A stretch of DNA of 32,902 bases from Elusimicrobiota bacterium (lineage in GTDB: Bacteria > Elusimicrobiota > Elusimicrobia > F11): the NCBI GenBank assembly GCA_046153645.1, contig JBJXGI010000079.1, positions 1 through 32,902 on the forward strand, given 5' to 3'. A program made the translations under genes and the position numbers. Below the pieces are notes generated by a model. It was not told the DNA's origin. It worked only from the letters and a program-made list of their open reading frames with translations, and ran no database searches. This document shows positions 29,428 through 32,902 of this stretch, one piece after another; the first letter of the stretch is position 1, and each line of letters starts with the position of its first letter.

Positions 29428-30803
29428 TGAAAAAAGAACAAGGTTTTTTTCTCCCTATGATAGTAGGAATTATTTTTGTGGGGCTTATTTTATTGCCCGC
29501 CTTGGTTACGTGGGTTCAACACGACTCAAAACAAGCGGTTAAGGTCAGCAAATCAAATGTAGCTTTTAACTTAGCCGAAACGGGAGCAGATAGAGGAATG
29601 TGGAAACTAAAAAGCTCAACCTCTACTTTTGCTCAAGCAAAGGTAGGACAAGTTATTACAGGTTATAACTTTGACACAGTTTATACTGATGACGTTACCG
29701 GCTCAGGCGGTAAATATCGAATTAAGTTTTCTTCTGGTCCCAATTCAAGAGAAGTCACTGTCTTAGCTGAAGGAAAAGATATTAAAACGGGTGAAACGAG
29801 AGCCGTTAAAGCAGTTTTTAAAAACCAAACCTTTGGCGGGGCTATGATTTCGGGAGGTGTCATCACTTGGGCCAATGCTTTTTCCGCTCATTGGGGACCG
29901 ATTATGGCGCATAACAATATTAATATCACCGACGCGAATGCAGCGCAGGATTTCTTTCCTAGAAAATTTTCAAGACAAGTGGTCCAATGCACCATCGGTT
30001 CATATGACAGAGATACAAATGGCCTGACAGCCCCAAATACAGATAGCACTGAATGGTGGTCTGATTATTCAGTTCCAGAACTCCCTATTTTAGATTTTGC
30101 CACTCTTCGGTCCTCAGCTTCTGCTACCAGTACTCTCAACTTTTTGGCTTGTTCTAAAATGGGTAGTTACACCGGTACTAAATACTGGTCAGGAAACTGT
30201 AATGTCGGCGGTAAAAATCACAATGGCTTGTTACATTTTCAAAATCCATGGAATCAGCCAAACGCCAGAAAACAATATGTCTTTTATTGGGATGGTGATG
30301 TTATCTGGACCGGAAGTACGGGAAGTGAAGGCGCCGGTATTTGGGGAACCGTTGTTGTAAGAGGAAATTTTACTAATTACACTGGCGACAACTATTCTTA
30401 CACTGGAAGTGTTCCCTCCAGCGCTTATGAGGAATACTCAAAAATCAGTAAAACCGTGGGTGATACCAGTGCTAAAAATGAATACCCCGCTGATGACGGT
30501 TCAAAAAAGAATCGTTCAACATTTAGTTTTGGTGGTGAAACCTGGACGGGAGGAAAGTCTCCGCCCCCAGCGGGAAACACTGATGTGGGAATCAGGGGTT
30601 TACTCTATATTGGTGGTGACTGGAATATTGAAGGAGCGATGGATGTGAACGGCGTTATTTGGGTTGCTGGCAATGTTAGTAAAGCTGTTGGGGCTGAACG
30701 AACAATTGTTTTTTATAATGACGCACTCGATGTTCCTACACTTAATGTTATTCTCACTCGTCAATCATGGGATGAAGTTTCACCCACTGCCAGCACTTGG
30801 TAA
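29427..30803 (+). CDS. PilX/GspK-like minor pilin with large C-terminal domain
   Basis: MKKEQG|FFLPM lacks E5, as in PilX/GspK. AFNLAETG motif. Gly/Val-rich beta repeats near the C-terminus (GTVVVRGN, GLLYIGGD, GVIWVAGN). Confidence 0.8.
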   Translation: MKKEQGFFLPMIVGIIFVGLILLPALVTWVQHDSKQAVKVSKSNVAFNLAETGADRGMWKLKSSTSTFAQAKVGQVITGYNFDTVYTDDVTGSGGKYRIKFSSGPNSREVTVLAEGKDIKTGETRAVKAVFKNQTFGGAMISGGVITWANAFSAHWGPIMAHNNINITDANAAQDFFPRKFSRQVVQCTIGSYDRDTNGLTAPNTDSTEWWSDYSVPELPILDFATLRSSASATSTLNFLACSKMGSYTGTKYWSGNCNVGGKNHNGLLHFQNPWNQPNARKQYVFYWDGDVIWTGSTGSEGAGIWGTVVVRGNFTNYTGDNYSYTGSVPSSAYEEYSKISKTVGDTSAKNEYPADDGSKKNRSTFSFGGETWTGGKSPPPAGNTDVGIRGLLYIGGDWNIEGAMDVNGVIWVAGNVSKAVGAERTIVFYNDALDVPTLNVILTRQSWDEVSPTASTW

Positions 30804-30812
30804 TGTTTTTTA

Positions 30813-32902
30813 ATGTTTAAATCCCATTCATTCCGATTTGGGGTACTTCTTTTTTGTTTTTTCCTGTCTGGAATAGCTGCTCTTATTTATGAGATTTTAT
30901 GGATAAGAGAACTCACCATGGTTTTAGGGCATTCCACCCCAGCTATTTCAGCTGTTTTGTCTGCTTATATGTGTGGGTTGGGGCTCGGAAGTTTTATTTC
31001 CGGAAAGTTACTGGAAAAAGTAAAAAACACTTCACTTCTACGACTTTACATTTATTTAGAACTTCTCATCGCTTTAACAGCGGTCCTCTCAAAATTTTTT
31101 ATAAAAGACTTCACTTTTTTTATATCTCAAGCTATTTTCACTCAGCTATCCGCTTTCTCATTTAATCTTGTTTCTTTTTTTCTCACCTTCTTTATTATTT
31201 TAATTCCCACGGCTTTTATGGGAGCTACTTTACCAGTATTAAGCCAATGGATAGACCAAGAGAATAAATCAGCCAATAAGTTTGGAATTCTTTATGGAAT
31301 TAATACGTTAGGCGCAGTAACGGGTGTTTTAATCACTGGTTTTTATCTAATTCCTCACATAGGAATCTCGAACTCTTATTATTTATCGGCCATAATAAAT
31401 ATTTTTGCCGCCGCCCTGGTTTTTATCTTTTTTAGAAATGAGAAACTAAATTCCATCACAATCACTTCATTTGAAAACAACAATCAACCGATGCTTAAAA
31501 ATAGTCAATTTATGATGGTTTTAACGGTGGTGTTCTTATCAGGCGCCGGCGCTATGATTTGTGAAGTCAGTTGGACGCGACTTTTTTCACTCATTCTGGG
31601 GTCATCTACCTATGCGTTCTCAATCATGCTGTCAACTTTTCTAGCCGCTTTTGCTCTGGGCGGAGTCGCCTATTCCAAGTTTTATTCCCGGTTGAATCAA
31701 TATCCAATTGGTATTTCTTTTTCTCTCTTGGGCATCGCTGCGAGTATTTTGGTTTATCTTAATTTTTTCAACTATATTCCTTATGCCTATATTCGATTGT
31801 TTGCCTTCGCGATGGAAAGTGTGTTTTTCATGCATTTGGTTCAATTTATCCTTTGTTCAATTATTATGTTTGTACCAGTTTTTCTTATGGGAATCACTTT
31901 TCCTTGGATCATATCCAAAACCCAGGAAAACACCACGCTCTTTTCTTCGCAAGTCGGATGGCTTTATTCCTTTAATACTTTGGGAGGAATCATTGGTTCA
32001 GCTTTGACTGGACTTTATTTTCTACCGAAATGGGGTATAGAGACTTCGCTTTTAATCGCCGGACTGGCATATGGGTTAAGCTCTATTGTTTTTTCTTTGT
32101 CGAAGTATGTTTATGAAATGAAGCAACAACGATGGGGATTATCAGCCATTTTGGGATTATTTTTATCGCTGGTGATCGTTTTTCATCCCTCATTAAATGC
32201 CTATATTCTCTCCAGCGGTGTTTTTATTTATGCTCCCGAATACCGACGTTTTCCTTCTTACGATGCCTTTTTAGAAGGCACACAAGAATCAAAACTCTTA
32301 TTTTTCAAAGAGGGTGTTTCAAGCACAATTTCAGTTTTTGAAAGTGCCCATGGAGAAAAATATCTAAGAGTAAATGGAAAAACAGACGCCTCTTCTGGAA
32401 AAGATATGGGAACGCAACTTCTCCTGGCCTATATACCCATGGTTTTTCATTCTAAAAATCCTGAATCCGCCCTGGTTATTGGATTTGGAAGTGGTGCAAC
32501 TGCAGGAGCTTTGGGAACATCACCTTTCATGAAAAAAATTGATTGTGTGGAATTAGAACCCGCGGTTATTCAAGCCAGTCAGTATTTCACAGACGCCAAC
32601 CGTTCTATTACAAAAGATCCTCGCTTTAAATTGATTGAAGGAGATGGAAGACATTATTTATCACTAACGAAAAATAAATACGATCTCATCATTTCAGAAC
32701 CCTCTAACCCCTGGATTGCCGGAATTGGAAACTTGTACACAACCCAAGCTTTTGAACAAGCCAAACAACATTTAAACCCTTCGGGACTTTTTGGTCAGTG
32801 GTTTCATGCTTATTCGATGGGTGAAGACGACTTTAAAATGGTATTGAATACTTTTGCCTCTGTTTTCCCTCACGTCAAATTATTCTCAACGGACAGCACT
32901 GA
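30813..32902 (+). CDS. Fused MFS-like membrane domain/spermidine synthase-like SAM-binding protein (3' partial, not in the ORF track)
   Basis: Reads MFKSHSFRFGVLLFCFFLSGIAALIYEILWIRELTMVLG... and, in the same frame, LRVNGKTDAS, ALVIGFGSGATA, VELEPAV, GDGR and YDLIISEPSNPWIAG. Runs off the window end. Confidence 0.9.
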   Translation, partial: MFKSHSFRFGVLLFCFFLSGIAALIYEILWIRELTMVLGHSTPAISAVLSAYMCGLGLGSFISGKLLEKVKNTSLLRLYIYLELLIALTAVLSKFFIKDFTFFISQAIFTQLSAFSFNLVSFFLTFFIILIPTAFMGATLPVLSQWIDQENKSANKFGILYGINTLGAVTGVLITGFYLIPHIGISNSYYLSAIINIFAAALVFIFFRNEKLNSITITSFENNNQPMLKNSQFMMVLTVVFLSGAGAMICEVSWTRLFSLILGSSTYAFSIMLSTFLAAFALGGVAYSKFYSRLNQYPIGISFSLLGIAASILVYLNFFNYIPYAYIRLFAFAMESVFFMHLVQFILCSIIMFVPVFLMGITFPWIISKTQENTTLFSSQVGWLYSFNTLGGIIGSALTGLYFLPKWGIETSLLIAGLAYGLSSIVFSLSKYVYEMKQQRWGLSAILGLFLSLVIVFHPSLNAYILSSGVFIYAPEYRRFPSYDAFLEGTQESKLLFFKEGVSSTISVFESAHGEKYLRVNGKTDASSGKDMGTQLLLAYIPMVFHSKNPESALVIGFGSGATAGALGTSPFMKKIDCVELEPAVIQASQYFTDANRSITKDPRFKLIEGDGRHYLSLTKNKYDLIISEPSNPWIAGIGNLYTTQAFEQAKQHLNPSGLFGQWFHAYSMGEDDFKMVLNTFASVFPHVKLFSTDST

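Noticed and set aside
30803..30820. Mini-ORF MFFNV* from the TAATGTTT duplication
   Set aside because: Too short, and explainable by chance in T-rich sequence.

Overview
AT-rich genomic DNA from a diderm bacterium. The gene content (PorV/PorQ-family barrel, FlgD-Ig/T9SS-like C-terminal domains, FecR-domain exported protein, pilin fusions) suggests Elusimicrobiota or a similar lineage; this is inference, not a database result. Most of the window is a minus-strand run: tmk-holB-metG-SDR-PilZ-FKBP-tatD, then a five-gene surface/secretion operon (FecR-domain protein, outer-membrane barrel, ~1666-aa repeat protein, PorV-like barrel, PilZ), then a 59-aa membrane protein, a degenerate GH57/DOMON protein, tRNA-Ala(GGC), rsmD, a Cas4/AddB-like nuclease, argB, argD, eno, ftsB and a Zn-ribbon protein. 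The left end has a Thr-rich secreted protein divergent from a sigma54-type promoter and a 3D-domain gene. The right end has a plus-strand minor-pilin triad and a partial MFS/spermidine-synthase fusion. The main finding is a c-di-GMP-I (GEMM) riboswitch with its own sigma70-like promoter directly in front of the five-gene operon. The region is bracketed by two paralogous PilZ proteins sharing an unusual four-cysteine tail, making it a candidate c-di-GMP-controlled, T9SS-like surface-display system. No CRISPR array, integrase or transposase was seen.
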